IMG/VR virus record: IMGVR_UViG_3300037264_004923
Location: 37,764-101,763 of that record
DNA length: 64,000 bases
Reading direction: 5' to 3' (one strand)
Source: a virus
Shown here: positions 1-9,124 of the stretch, piece by piece
Position numbering within the stretch: the first letter of the stretch is position 1
Layout: each line of letters opens with the position of its first letter
Position numbers and translations under genes: made by a program
Notes under the pieces: model-generated
Seen by the model: the letters and a program-made list of their open reading frames with translations, nothing else
What the model was told of the DNA's origin: nothing
The model's database searches: none

Positions 1-106
1 TAGCGTTGAAGCGATGACTGATGTGGCTGAAACAAGAGACAAAGCTGCCGTTAGCCGAAATCTAGCGACGCGGAATAAAACCCGCGTATTGGGGAACCTT
101 GAGTAA
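1..106 (+). CDS. 3' end of a gene running in from the window edge (partial, unknown product)
   Basis: Open frame from nt 2 (SVEAMTDVAE...VLGNLE) ending at TAA 104-106; same strand as the next genes. Confidence 0.5.
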   Translation, partial: SVEAMTDVAETRDKAAVSRNLATRNKTRVLGNLE

Positions 107-265
107 GGGGCTCGTGATAAAGACACCGGTTGTCCACCCCCGCTGCGAACGCTATGTAAAGTAAACGTTTGGGAAAGAGACTTCGCTTTCCCTTGTTAAT
201 CACCAGAAATTTACCAGAGTAGTAGAGGCTCTGGGGATTTGATATAGTATTCAAGGAGATATGAA

Positions 266-1129
266 ATGTTGTATGTGTTGTACAAGAACTCGGGAGTTCA
301 CTCTGGAAGAGCCCTCCGCCGGATGCTGGAAGGTTTGTACGAAGAAAAGGTTCTCGGGGGCTATCCCAAGAAATTTTCCCTGATGCAGAAACAGGGTGTC
401 AAACCCAAGGTCGTTGTGAATCTCGGGGTAACTGACGACGATCTGAAGTTCACCGGAAGAGTTCTGAACACACAGAACATGGTACGCTTGGCCTCGAACA
501 AGAGGAAGGCGCGACAGATCTTCGAGGAAGCAAACGTTCCCGCACCCAAGCTCTTCACCTCCGTGAACGCCATCACGGAGGCAGATCTACCCTTGGTGGG
601 GAGAACTTCCTATCACCAGAAGGGTGAAGGTTTTTGGTTCTGCAAGACCATGAAGGATGTACGAGCGGCTGTGTCCGCAGGCGCTACGCACTTCCTAGAG
701 TTCGTTCCCAGCACGCGTGAGTATCGTGTGCATACCTTTATCAGCGGCAAGCATCTGGATACTCCCGCCGATAAGAGAACAGCCGACAGCTACGTTTCCA
801 CCAAGATCTCCGAGAAGGTCTGGCAGGGAGAAGGTTCTCCGAATCCGGAAGAGCCGCAGAAAAACCATGAGTTCGGCTGGTCTTTCCTCGGGCCCCAGGA
901 TCGCAGGGCAGACGAGTTGGATGTGGTACGATATGCTGCAAAGCAAGCCATTGCTGCTCTGGGAATAGACTTCGGGGCAGTCGACGTGATGTACCGCATC
1001 AGGACGAAATGCCCGTATGTTCTGGAAGTAAATTCCACCCCAAGTATGTCGGATGACGCCGCAAATACCTGCGAGGTGTACGCGAAGCGAATCCTGAAGA
1101 CCATCGGCGGAAAAGGAGAAGAGGACTAA
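266..1129 (+). CDS. ATP-grasp ligase (RimK-like / phage phiEco32-type peptide ligase)
   Basis: ASNKRKARQIFEEANVPAP, EYRVH, GIDFGAVDVM and YVLEVNSTP motifs; AAGGAG RBS. Confidence 0.85.
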   Translation: MLYVLYKNSGVHSGRALRRMLEGLYEEKVLGGYPKKFSLMQKQGVKPKVVVNLGVTDDDLKFTGRVLNTQNMVRLASNKRKARQIFEEANVPAPKLFTSVNAITEADLPLVGRTSYHQKGEGFWFCKTMKDVRAAVSAGATHFLEFVPSTREYRVHTFISGKHLDTPADKRTADSYVSTKISEKVWQGEGSPNPEEPQKNHEFGWSFLGPQDRRADELDVVRYAAKQAIAALGIDFGAVDVMYRIRTKCPYVLEVNSTPSMSDDAANTCEVYAKRILKTIGGKGEED

Positions 1130-2310
1130 TGCCAACCTATTCTTCCAGTACCAGCAACTTCTCCGTTAGTTATCTCACCACCAGTGAAAACAGTGGATGG
1201 GATAACAGCGCCACGATCGCGACGGGAGCGACGATCGCGACGGGAGCGAGTATCCACCTACGCGAGTACGGTACCGCCAGTCACCACGACTGGCTGGCGG
1301 CGACTCTTCCTCCATGTCATTCGCAGGCACCCAACAAGAAGAAACCCGCAGCGATACCGGCAGCCTTGGCCAAAGAAGGTATCCACTTGGGTTCTGAATT
1401 GCTGGTGTTCTATGAGAGAAAGCGCATCCTTGGAAACTACAAAGAGGGTCACCACCACCGGGGAGAAACTCACTATCAGAATGTCCAAGACTTGCTCGCT
1501 AGGTTCTTTATCAACATACATTACAGCGAGGACTCCGTTTCCAACTGGAGGGACTGGTGTATTGGAATATCGAGCATCGTCCGTAGGAACAACCTAGGAC
1601 AGAGCGCCGGCATGAATATGCACCTACCTATGTTTGATTACGACGGAAAGAACATCAAAAGCCTCCTTCGTAAGGAGGTGCGTCTTCTGCAGCAGCTATG
1701 GGGACTTGGCCCCGCCACCTTATTCCAGACCAAGAGGGGATTTCACATTTATTTCATGACAGATGTGGTTCCTTGGGATGTATACCGCGAGATGCTCGAC
1801 AAGGTAAATTGCTGTAAAGGATTCAAGCGTTGCTCGTTGGATGTCGGCTACGGAGTCCTGCGCGTAAGCGCCAAGTACTCCACCTTCGACATCAAGATGG
1901 ACAGCATCATACTGCCGGAAACTACGAAGCCTTTGCCTGCCAGAAAGATCCGCAAGGCGCATGTGATAGAGGCTTTGATCGCCCTAGGAGAAAAGAGTGG
2001 CACTCATTTCGCTTCGTTGTATCCGGAGTGGGCACATTATAAGGAAGACGAAACCCCGTGGAAGCCCTCCACCAAGAGCATGCGTACGGCAGGCAAGCCT
2101 AATAAGATAGAGGGCGCCCCGTATAAGATAGAGGGCGCCCTGCATCTGCCCCTTGAAGGCGAGGTCGGTGAGCAGCAGGGGGCCATCGAGAACGGACCAA
2201 GGCCTAAACTACTTTTGAAGCCCAAGACGGCGACGGCAGGACAGGCGCAGGCGCCCGCTCCGGCAAACGCAAGCCTCTTCTCCACTACTTCGGAAAATAT
2301 TGGACATTGA
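1129..2310 (+). CDS. Protein with an archaeo-eukaryotic primase (AEP)-like catalytic core and low-complexity ends
   Basis: hhhDhD (PMFDYD), TKRGFHIYF (SxH-type motif II) and downstream LRV; translationally coupled to the ATP-grasp gene. Confidence 0.5.
   Translation: MPTYSSSTSNFSVSYLTTSENSGWDNSATIATGATIATGASIHLREYGTASHHDWLAATLPPCHSQAPNKKKPAAIPAALAKEGIHLGSELLVFYERKRILGNYKEGHHHRGETHYQNVQDLLARFFINIHYSEDSVSNWRDWCIGISSIVRRNNLGQSAGMNMHLPMFDYDGKNIKSLLRKEVRLLQQLWGLGPATLFQTKRGFHIYFMTDVVPWDVYREMLDKVNCCKGFKRCSLDVGYGVLRVSAKYSTFDIKMDSIILPETTKPLPARKIRKAHVIEALIALGEKSGTHFASLYPEWAHYKEDETPWKPSTKSMRTAGKPNKIEGAPYKIEGALHLPLEGEVGEQQGAIENGPRPKLLLKPKTATAGQAQAPAPANASLFSTTSENIGH
1213..1248 (+). repeat. 18-bp in-frame tandem duplication (ACGATCGCGACGGGAGCG x2)
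   Basis: Directly visible; encodes TIATGA twice. Confidence 0.9.
2102..2140 (+). repeat. 21-bp period in-frame duplication (ATAAGATAGAGGGCGCCC x2)
   Basis: Directly visible; encodes KIEGA twice. Confidence 0.9.
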
Positions 2311-2378
2311 CACCAATAAAGGCGGAACTGCTTTGATACGGCGGTGTATTTTCGAGTCGGTGGTGGTCAAGAATGATA

Positions 2379-2407
2379 TTGACTTATAGGGTAAAATCCC
2401 TTATGAT
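2379..2407 (+). promoter_or_regulatory. sigma70-type promoter
   Basis: TTGACT-17bp-TATGAT upstream of AAGGAG RBS and ATG 2438. Confidence 0.75.
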
Positions 2408-2437
2408 TCCGTTGTAGCCAAAAAAGGAGAATGCTAT

Positions 2438-2758
2438 ATGTCCCGAAATTCCAAGTACGAGCAAGTGGTAGTAGATGTGCTAACCGACCTAGGCGGCGGG
2501 CCCGTGTCCTGCAAGGTTCTGATCGAGGCGATCGTCTCGAAAGGACTACTCGAGGATCGAAAGTACCTCTATCACAACGTTCTAAACAGAGTTCGACGCT
2601 CGACGACGTTTGACACCTCCGTTCGCGGTATGGTGTCTCTGTCCCCACAGCCTGTAATAGAAGCTCTCGCAGCAGCAGTTCCAGTGGTGCCGCCTGTTCT
2701 TCCCGCCGATGAAAATTGGGCGGCGGAACCAGCAGTCGCCAAAAACTCCGGGTGGTAA
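2438..2758 (+). CDS. Small winged-helix (HARE-HTH-like) DNA-binding protein
   Basis: VLTDLGGGPVSCKVLIEAIVSKGL...FDTSVRGMVSL pattern; promoter and RBS present. Confidence 0.55.
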   Translation: MSRNSKYEQVVVDVLTDLGGGPVSCKVLIEAIVSKGLLEDRKYLYHNVLNRVRRSTTFDTSVRGMVSLSPQPVIEALAAAVPVVPPVLPADENWAAEPAVAKNSGW

Positions 2759-2759
2759 G

Positions 2760-2906
2760 ATGGAAGAGCGCGTGTGCGAGAAATGTGGGGGGTTCATAGA
2801 TCCTCCCGAAGACATGTCGCTCGCGCTTTGGTGCGATTGCCCCGCCTTCCCAATAGAACCCTACCCAGATGAGGACATAGATCCTTCAGAGGAGACGCGG
2901 GAGTAG
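2760..2906 (+). CDS. Small Zn-ribbon hypothetical protein
   Basis: CEKC...WCDC; starts 1 nt after the previous stop. Confidence 0.5.
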   Translation: MEERVCEKCGGFIDPPEDMSLALWCDCPAFPIEPYPDEDIDPSEETRE

Positions 2907-2954
2907 GGGTTCTGATACACTTGCTTCCCTGATGCTCGGGACTCCGGAAAAAGA

Positions 2955-2988
2955 AAGCCCCCCTTCCGTATCTTCGGAAGGGGGGCTT
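2955..2988. terminator. Intrinsic terminator hairpin at the convergent strand switch
   Basis: AAGCCCCCCTTCCG-TATCTT-CGGAAGGGGGGCTT, A-rich upstream. Confidence 0.8.
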
Positions 2989-3018
2989 CGCGTTTTCTGC
3001 GTCTGAAATCCCACTTGT

Positions 3019-3052
3019 AGGTCCTCTTACTTGGAGGACCTTCTTTTTTTTT
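3019..3052 (+). terminator. Rho-independent terminator
   Basis: AGGTCCTC-loop-GAGGACCT followed by a T-run. Confidence 0.75.
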
Positions 3053-3065
3053 CAGGTCGGTGAAT

Positions 3066-3380
3066 TCATTGCTTGCCGCCCTTTGTGTGTGCCTCAATGA
3101 ATCGGAACAACTCTTGAACAACGGGGCATGTACTACATGATTTGTCTGGTTCTGCGAATGCTAACTCCCAATACTCTTTCCAAGCTTCTGCGTGATTTTT
3201 CTTTGGGAAATCTGGTACCACCACCATAGGACTATCATTGAACACAGACTTTTCTACATAAAAGAGGTTCGGGTAGGTTTGGATGAAGGCTTTTAGAACC
3301 GATTGTTCGGCAAAAATAAGAACATCCCAATGATCTTCATCAATGTTTACTATCATGAAGTTAGCTTTGATAGGATTCAT
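3066..3380 (-). CDS. Hypothetical protein
   Basis: 104-aa ORF with RBS; last gene of the minus-strand operon. Confidence 0.7.
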   Translation of the reverse strand: MNPIKANFMIVNIDEDHWDVLIFAEQSVLKAFIQTYPNLFYVEKSVFNDSPMVVVPDFPKKNHAEAWKEYWELAFAEPDKSCSTCPVVQELFRFIEAHTKGGKQ

Positions 3381-3388
3381 AATGCCTC

Positions 3389-3994
3389 TTAAAGTTGTAC
3401 CGTGCAGATACCATACCCAATAAGACTTCCACAGATCTCATCTGCGGCTGTCATTCCCAGATTCTGGAAAGCCAGATGTACGGGCCGGCAATCACCGTCT
3501 GGCGCGTATGTTCCTTGGTGGAACCAATCGTGAAACGCAATCAATCCTCCAGGTTTAACCAAAGGGAAGTACATTTCAATGTCCATCTGTACACCCCAAC
3601 GACGATGATCCCCATCGATAAACATAAAATCGAATGGTCCAAATTCTGCCACGCGGGCTTTGGTGGTTTCTAAGTGGCTATCGCAAATAAAAGTCCGCGC
3701 TCCATGATAAGAAGGATTTGTGTCGTAACCAAAGTACTCAACGAAGCCATCAAAGGGCTCAGACTCGTGCGGAATACCGGACTTTGCCCCAGAATAGTGT
3801 CCCAAAGTAAGGCTGGTAGTGGGCGCAAAGAAACCCCAGAAGAAGCTCGTAGCGCCTCCTCCGATCTCCAGAATATTCGTAGGCTGATGTTGGTTTAGTT
3901 TCTCGATCAGCCACCACAATTCTGCAGGATCCTGCGCGGGAGTAGCCTTGGCAAAAAGATCATCAAACTTTTCTTTGGTCATTATAGGCATCAC
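3389..3994 (-). CDS. Class I SAM methyltransferase (Methyltransf_24-like)
   Basis: ILEIGGG, FDFMFIDGDH and PGGLIAFHD motifs. Confidence 0.85.
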   Translation of the reverse strand: MMPIMTKEKFDDLFAKATPAQDPAELWWLIEKLNQHQPTNILEIGGGATSFFWGFFAPTTSLTLGHYSGAKSGIPHESEPFDGFVEYFGYDTNPSYHGARTFICDSHLETTKARVAEFGPFDFMFIDGDHRRWGVQMDIEMYFPLVKPGGLIAFHDWFHQGTYAPDGDCRPVHLAFQNLGMTAADEICGSLIGYGICTVQL

Positions 3995-4746
3995 GCATCT
4001 CCTTTATTGGGATCGGTGTCTTCTTGCTTCCTAAATCGCTTGTGCCAACCTATTTTCTTCCTGCTTTCTACCATTTTGGCTCGGGTTTCTTTGGAAATTA
4101 TAGTTTTGGGTTTTAGTTTGGCGGCTTCTTTCATTTTGTTTCTTGTTGCAAGAGAATGTGTCTTACCGAAGAACGCATTATTATTACCTTTATGAGCTTC
4201 GGCAATCTTTTGCTTATGCTCTTCCGTGAGAACCATACCCAGATGGGATTGCCTCATCTTATTTCTGCTTTCCTCCGAAAACTTCTTACCAAAAAGAGGA
4301 TGATTCTCGCCTGACATACGAAGGCTCATGTTTTCTTTCCACTCTTTATTATGCTCTTTCCCAAAAGCTGGATTTTTTGCCCCTAACTTACATTCTCTCA
4401 TTTTTTCTATAGACTCAGGAGAATGTTTCCTGCCCGGCACAGGACCAGCATGCCCGCCAAGTTCCCTATTGTACCCATTAGGAGTTAAAGAATTCAAGGT
4501 TCTTATCCAGTACATTTCTTTATCATCAAGTTCTTCTTTCGAATAGGCAGTATCTAAAAGAACAAAATCGAAGTTAGTACGTCCATGTTTTATCATTGCC
4601 TTGTTTATAACCAAACCGCCTTTACTTTGTGAAGTTTGAGAAAAGTGGGCAGATTTTCTCTTGTATGGATCAATGGTTTGACCGACATACAGCTTACTAT
4701 TTATGGTGTTCTCTATTATGTAAATGTATCCAACAAAACTCTGCAT
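3991..4746 (-). mobile_element. Free-standing GIY-YIG homing endonuclease with NUMOD3 repeats
   Basis: GYIYIIENTINSKLYVGQT, GYN and repeated HSPESIEKM/FSEESRNKM/HSLATRNKM. Confidence 0.9.
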
Positions 4747-5348
4747 TACTCTCCTCGAACTCTGTACACAATAAATTCTACTTTTCCCGCTTTGATAAGA
4801 TCTCTTATTTGTCTTTGTTTAGAAGAAAGCTGAGACTCGCCCGATTTTACCTCTACAAAAACTATCTTATCCTCTAAAAAATGGCAGAAGTCGACAGGAT
4901 CTCCTATGAACTTACCTGTTGAAGGCTCCATAGGATAGTCCTTTAGAAACGGCGCCATCTGTTCTGCTATCTTTCCTGTTCTAACTTCTGAAGATTTCTT
5001 CTGCCCAAACAACTTTTCATACTGGGACTTCTCGAACTTAATAGAAAGCTCAAGCGCCTCATTATTTTCGTTCAGATTGTTTAACACGGACATGAACTGC
5101 TTCTCACGAGCAAAAGCGTTCTCGAGAGCCTGAGAGCCTCTCTCCATGAGCGTGTTCTTGTTGGCAAGGTCTTCTAACAGGCTTTGAATTCGTAGTTGAT
5201 CCGTCTTGTATTGACCATCGGCCATCTCAAAGAGGGTTTTGAACTCTTCTTGGCGCCTGAGCTCACTTGCCTTACTCTGGCGGTAGAAATAAAACACACC
5301 GCCAGCGAGCAAGGCACAAATCACACCCAGGGATATGAAAAGCAGCAT
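4746..5348 (-). CDS. Membrane-anchored Holliday-junction-resolvase-like PD-(D/E)XK endonuclease
   Basis: N-terminal TM helix, coiled coil, GKIAEQMAPFL...FIGDPVDF...FVEVKSG..LSSKQRQIRD. Confidence 0.8.
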   Translation of the reverse strand: MLLFISLGVICALLAGGVFYFYRQSKASELRRQEEFKTLFEMADGQYKTDQLRIQSLLEDLANKNTLMERGSQALENAFAREKQFMSVLNNLNENNEALELSIKFEKSQYEKLFGQKKSSEVRTGKIAEQMAPFLKDYPMEPSTGKFIGDPVDFCHFLEDKIVFVEVKSGESQLSSKQRQIRDLIKAGKVEFIVYRVRGE

Positions 5349-5596
5349 TACTCCCCCCGAAGTCTATTTCGTCCGTAGTAAGCCTTGCGTCGTGTATCTT
5401 CATCTCTAATACTGATCTTGCCTTCTTCGCGTAGTCTTTCAACTCTGCGCGCTAGGCTCTTTAAAGAGCGTTCCGCCCACACCTTCTCAACGCGCAATTC
5501 ATTATGAGCATCAAGAAGTTCCTTCGCTGTTTTATTCTCCGCGTGCTCAATGAGGAAGGCGTCCTCTAAAGAGGTAAATGCTATACCGCGTCCCAT
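5348..5596 (-). CDS. Small HTH/Myb-like protein
   Basis: FTSLEDAFL...RSLKSLARRVERL. Confidence 0.5.
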   Translation of the reverse strand: MGRGIAFTSLEDAFLIEHAENKTAKELLDAHNELRVEKVWAERSLKSLARRVERLREEGKISIRDEDTRRKAYYGRNRLRGE

Positions 5597-5604
5597 AGTT
5601 CCTC

Positions 5605-5856
5605 CTAACTTCGGAACCGCTGCAGGGAGGGAGAAGAAACCTTGACCCCCTCCACTACGGTTCCGTCTTCGAGTCTTACATCCAAGGTAGAGGCTGTGGG
5701 GTCTTGTGATCCGCGAATCAATTTCGTGACCACTCCAAATTTCTCGTTGTAAAGAACTTTAGTGCCCACATCATAAATCCTACCCTGAGCGAACTCTTTC
5801 AGCTTGTTTTCTGCTGCTTCTAATCTGTTTAGAACCTTATCGATGTTATCTGTCAA
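5605..5856 (-). CDS. Hypothetical protein (SH3/KOW-like beta barrel)
   Basis: VGTKVLY..FGVVTK...DVRLEDG; GGAGG RBS. Confidence 0.55.
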   Translation of the reverse strand: MTDNIDKVLNRLEAAENKLKEFAQGRIYDVGTKVLYNEKFGVVTKLIRGSQDPTASTLDVRLEDGTVVEGVKVSSPSLQRFRS

Positions 5857-5869
5857 TGGATTGCCTCCG

Positions 5870-6463
5870 TTATTTCATCAGCCACAGCCTGTGAAGCTGG
5901 TCTTTTTCTTCGTCGGACGCATTTTCATCCACCCAAAAAATCATACGACCCCCCTCTTTAAGAAGAGGAGCCAAGTTCTGAGCTAATTCCTTTAAATCTC
6001 CCTGCGTCTCTTCATAGGCAGTATAGTGGTCTACAAAGATGAGATCGAACATAGGGAACTGCTTGGGGACTTCACGTGCCCAAGCATAAACATCAGTCAA
6101 AAGCAGATGGTGGCGAGGTAGTAATCTACCATACGCCTCGACTATCTGCTCATTGTTCTCCAGGGTTAGTAGGTGCTTGACCTTGGGGTTCGCCAAGATG
6201 ACCTTGGACGCACACCCAAGCCCTAACCCTATCTCCAAGACCCTGCCTTTGGCATATCCCATGACGTTCTTGATATACCAGTCCTGTTCTGTGGTGCTGG
6301 CATACATGATTTGCCCAACAAAAAGGTATTGCTCCCCATCTACCTCGTAGATACGAACATCGCCCTTGTTAAAAGACAACCAACCGACTTCATCCCAGAA
6401 CTTGAACGGATTTTTAGGGTCTTTTACTGGCATAAGTATAAACCTATTTCCCTTCTTTGGCAA
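5870..6463 (-). CDS. SAM-dependent methyltransferase (spermidine-synthase-like fold)
   Basis: GRVLEIGLGLG, FDLIFVD, LLKEGG. Confidence 0.75.
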   Translation of the reverse strand: MPKKGNRFILMPVKDPKNPFKFWDEVGWLSFNKGDVRIYEVDGEQYLFVGQIMYASTTEQDWYIKNVMGYAKGRVLEIGLGLGCASKVILANPKVKHLLTLENNEQIVEAYGRLLPRHHLLLTDVYAWAREVPKQFPMFDLIFVDHYTAYEETQGDLKELAQNLAPLLKEGGRMIFWVDENASDEEKDQLHRLWLMK

Positions 6464-6974
6464 CTCGAACTATGTTGACACGTTTGGCATCCTGAACCTC
6501 GTGTCCAAAGGACAGCGTGATGTCCGGCGAGGGGTGATATTCCATTACTGCTCCCCATGCCAAAAGCAGCCTCTCTACGATTTCTTTTCTACTCCCGTTC
6601 CGGTATAGGGCCCCGCAAACAACTCGCTTTACACCGTAGTGTAGAAGAGTTGACAAGCAGTTTTCGCAGGGTGTCGCATTTATGTAAGCAGTCACACCCA
6701 GCAGGTTTGGTACTCTTTTGCGAATTTGAAGGATCGCTGAGCCTTCAGCATGGACTGTTCGTAAACAGTGCTCCCTACCGTCATCCCCCATAACCAATAG
6801 ATGCCCGACTTCGTCGCACTCATCCATCTGGGAGGGAGCCCCGTTGTATCCGGTAGCCAAAATCTCCCCATCCTTAACCAAAACGCATCCGGCCCATAGC
6901 CTGTCGCAGGTGGCACGGGTAGCTACCAAATGGGCAAGGGATAGGAAGTATTCATCTTTGGTTAATCGTCGCAT
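6444..6974 (-). CDS. dCMP deaminase (ComEB family)
   Basis: ATRATC, TGYNG, HAE and PCENC. Confidence 0.9.
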   Translation of the reverse strand: MRRLTKDEYFLSLAHLVATRATCDRLWAGCVLVKDGEILATGYNGAPSQMDECDEVGHLLVMGDDGREHCLRTVHAEGSAILQIRKRVPNLLGVTAYINATPCENCLSTLLHYGVKRVVCGALYRNGSRKEIVERLLLAWGAVMEYHPSPDITLSFGHEVQDAKRVNIVRVAKEGK

Positions 6975-6975
6975 C

Positions 6976-7719
6976 TTATTCCCCTATGCTGGTTCCCGAG
7001 AAGGTCGTTCCGTGTCGTCCGTAATAAGATCGGTCTATTAGGGTTCCTTGGTAAAGAACTCCGCTTGGGACGGTGTCCCCAGCCTCATCCCCCATTCTAT
7101 ACCAGAGGTGGAGGTTTTCGAACTGTCCTATTGTGGATAGATCGGCCCCCCTTACGCCATTGTTATAGGATCCGGTTATCGTTGGGATCGTTATTGCGGC
7201 CCGATACACAGCAAACTCATCCAAATCTCCAGGAAAGAGGTCCACTACTCCCCCAGTTCTAGCTGGACGAGCACCTATTATTACATCCTGCTCCCCAGGC
7301 GTACTGATACCTGCTATTCCATTCTCGAACACCCGTCCGTTGTCCAGAGACCCGTCCACATACACGACCGCATTGGCAAAGTTGCGAAGCCGGGAATAAG
7401 GATCGCTCGTATTGTACACAAAAGCCACATGATGCCAAGTCCCGTCATTCAACAGGGAGTCTGTACGTCTGCCAGAAGTCCTGCTAAACAGCTCCAGATG
7501 ACCCTGGATCAATCTTATTCGGTTTTCCTCACCATCGCCCAGATTCTCATTTAGATAAGCACCCCAGTAGCAAATGGTGGCGTCGTTGCCGCTATGGGTA
7601 GTCCTTATCCAGAAGGTGGTGGAGCGATCTACACTCTGATCGAAAGGATAGGCAATGCCCTTATAGCCGGAAGCCACCACATAACCTTGTATTCCATCAA
7701 AAGATAGGAACTTATTCAT
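6976..7719 (-). CDS. LamG/concanavalin A-like lectin domain protein
   Basis: LNDGTWHHVAFVY, YVDG, FPGDLDEFAVY, LWYRMGD. Confidence 0.85.
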   Translation of the reverse strand: MNKFLSFDGIQGYVVASGYKGIAYPFDQSVDRSTTFWIRTTHSGNDATICYWGAYLNENLGDGEENRIRLIQGHLELFSRTSGRRTDSLLNDGTWHHVAFVYNTSDPYSRLRNFANAVVYVDGSLDNGRVFENGIAGISTPGEQDVIIGARPARTGGVVDLFPGDLDEFAVYRAAITIPTITGSYNNGVRGADLSTIGQFENLHLWYRMGDEAGDTVPSGVLYQGTLIDRSYYGRHGTTFSGTSIGE

Positions 7720-7931
7720 GTAAGTCCTAGGCGGGTCCAGGTATACCAGAAATCGTCGATGAACACTTGTGCTTTTTCCGCCGATGAAAAAAGCGTTCGA
7801 CTTACAATCCGATCCTCGTCCAGTTCATTCCATGTATCCAGACAGCGAAAGAGAGGCGCTAATACCCCGTCCTCTCGTTTATAGACTACCCAGTATCCCT
7901 TTTCAAGGTCTTTGTATTCTCCGAGGATCAT
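7716..7931 (-). CDS. Hypothetical protein
   Basis: 71-aa ORF filling an operon gap with overlapping start/stop. Confidence 0.65.
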   Translation of the reverse strand: MILGEYKDLEKGYWVVYKREDGVLAPLFRCLDTWNELDEDRIVSRTLFSSAEKAQVFIDDFWYTWTRLGLT

Positions 7932-7934
7932 GTC

Positions 7935-8864
7935 TTACTTCCAGTTTTTTTCGAGCCAATCTATGACCGGGGCGATGTCTGTGTTCTGCGCGATCACCAT
8001 AAGATCAAGGATGTTCTTCCAATCATCCAGAGGATAATCGTGAGCCAGCTGAGGATTTAGACGATAGTACTTATCCCGCAGGATTTGCTTACATTCGAAG
8101 TCTACTACATCCACAGAACCATCCATTAGAATGCCTAAAAGATGCTTTGCCCATTTAGCCAAACCCCAGTTCAGGTTGTCGCCCTCGATATGCTGTCTGA
8201 AACGCCCCGCACCCAAGGAAAGCAAGTTGATGTTCCTCAAATCTTTGTTTAGATTGCGTGGATTCAAGGCTTGCGCGAGTCCCACCATACCTGGATTATT
8301 TGCAAAGACTCCCCCATCAATGTAGCCGTCCGAGGTTGGAAAGTAAGTTGGAGCTGCTAAAGTTCGAAGTGCCAAATCTACAACCCGTACATCCAAATCG
8401 GCATCCGACCCGCGACAATTGTGGAAGATCTTTGCTTTCCAAGCCCGGGCAGAGCCCTCAGCTTCGTTATCCAGATCGAAGGTCGTGATAGCCACGCTCT
8501 TTTCGAGATCACCCAACAAGAGATCGCCAAACTGGATCTCTAACATTTTGCGCAGATTATCCGATTTGTAATCGGCACCCAAAAGCTTCCAAAAATCCTT
8601 GAATTTACCGAAAAAAGTCTCTGAAAAGATCTCCTTCGAGGCAGTTTGATACATCTCTCGTAAAGCAGCAGGGCTCTTTCCAGTTGCTAAGCCCAAGGCA
8701 ATAATGCCACCCGTAGAAGTCCCCACCAGAAGGTCTGCATCTCTGAGAATGTTGGGGTGTTTACTCTCAATCCGCTCCAAAAGACAGGCCTCAAGGATAC
8801 CACGTACCCCGCCCCCATCAAAGGAAAGAATGTTGAAAGGCTTCTTGGTAACTTGATTCCCCAT
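7935..8864 (-). CDS. Patatin-like phospholipase
   Basis: DGGGVRG, GTSTG, AAPTYF and DGG. Confidence 0.92.
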   Translation of the reverse strand: MGNQVTKKPFNILSFDGGGVRGILEACLLERIESKHPNILRDADLLVGTSTGGIIALGLATGKSPAALREMYQTASKEIFSETFFGKFKDFWKLLGADYKSDNLRKMLEIQFGDLLLGDLEKSVAITTFDLDNEAEGSARAWKAKIFHNCRGSDADLDVRVVDLALRTLAAPTYFPTSDGYIDGGVFANNPGMVGLAQALNPRNLNKDLRNINLLSLGAGRFRQHIEGDNLNWGLAKWAKHLLGILMDGSVDVVDFECKQILRDKYYRLNPQLAHDYPLDDWKNILDLMVIAQNTDIAPVIDWLEKNWK

Positions 8865-9124
8865 TATTCGAACACCCTATTCTGAGCGTCCAATTCTCTC
8901 GCCCAGTCCTCAGCAACATAAAGGGTGTGTCCTGGTTTATTGGTAGTTTGGGACACTCTAACAGGGCCTTCCACCACCATTCCGCGATCAATCAGTTCTT
9001 TGATGGCGGGACCAGAAATGTTATTCTGAAGCTTCAGTTTGTCCCGAACCTCCGTGCGAAGGATTCCAGGGTTTTCCTTGATTATAAAGAAGATCTGATC
9101 GCGAATAGAACTTGTGTAGTTCAT
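8864..9124 (-). CDS. Small winged-helix protein
   Basis: IIKENPGILRTEVRDKL...IKELIDRGMV; start placed at ATG 9124, coupled to the upstream stop. Confidence 0.7.
   Translation of the reverse strand: MNYTSSIRDQIFFIIKENPGILRTEVRDKLKLQNNISGPAIKELIDRGMVVEGPVRVSQTTNKPGHTLYVAEDWARELDAQNRVFE

Noticed and set aside
107-265. Cobalamin riboswitch
   Set aside because: CCCCCGC and GGGAA are present but the order and B12-box do not fit.
7935-8864. CBASS defence system
   Set aside because: The patatin stands alone, with no CD-NTase or cap2/cap3 nearby.
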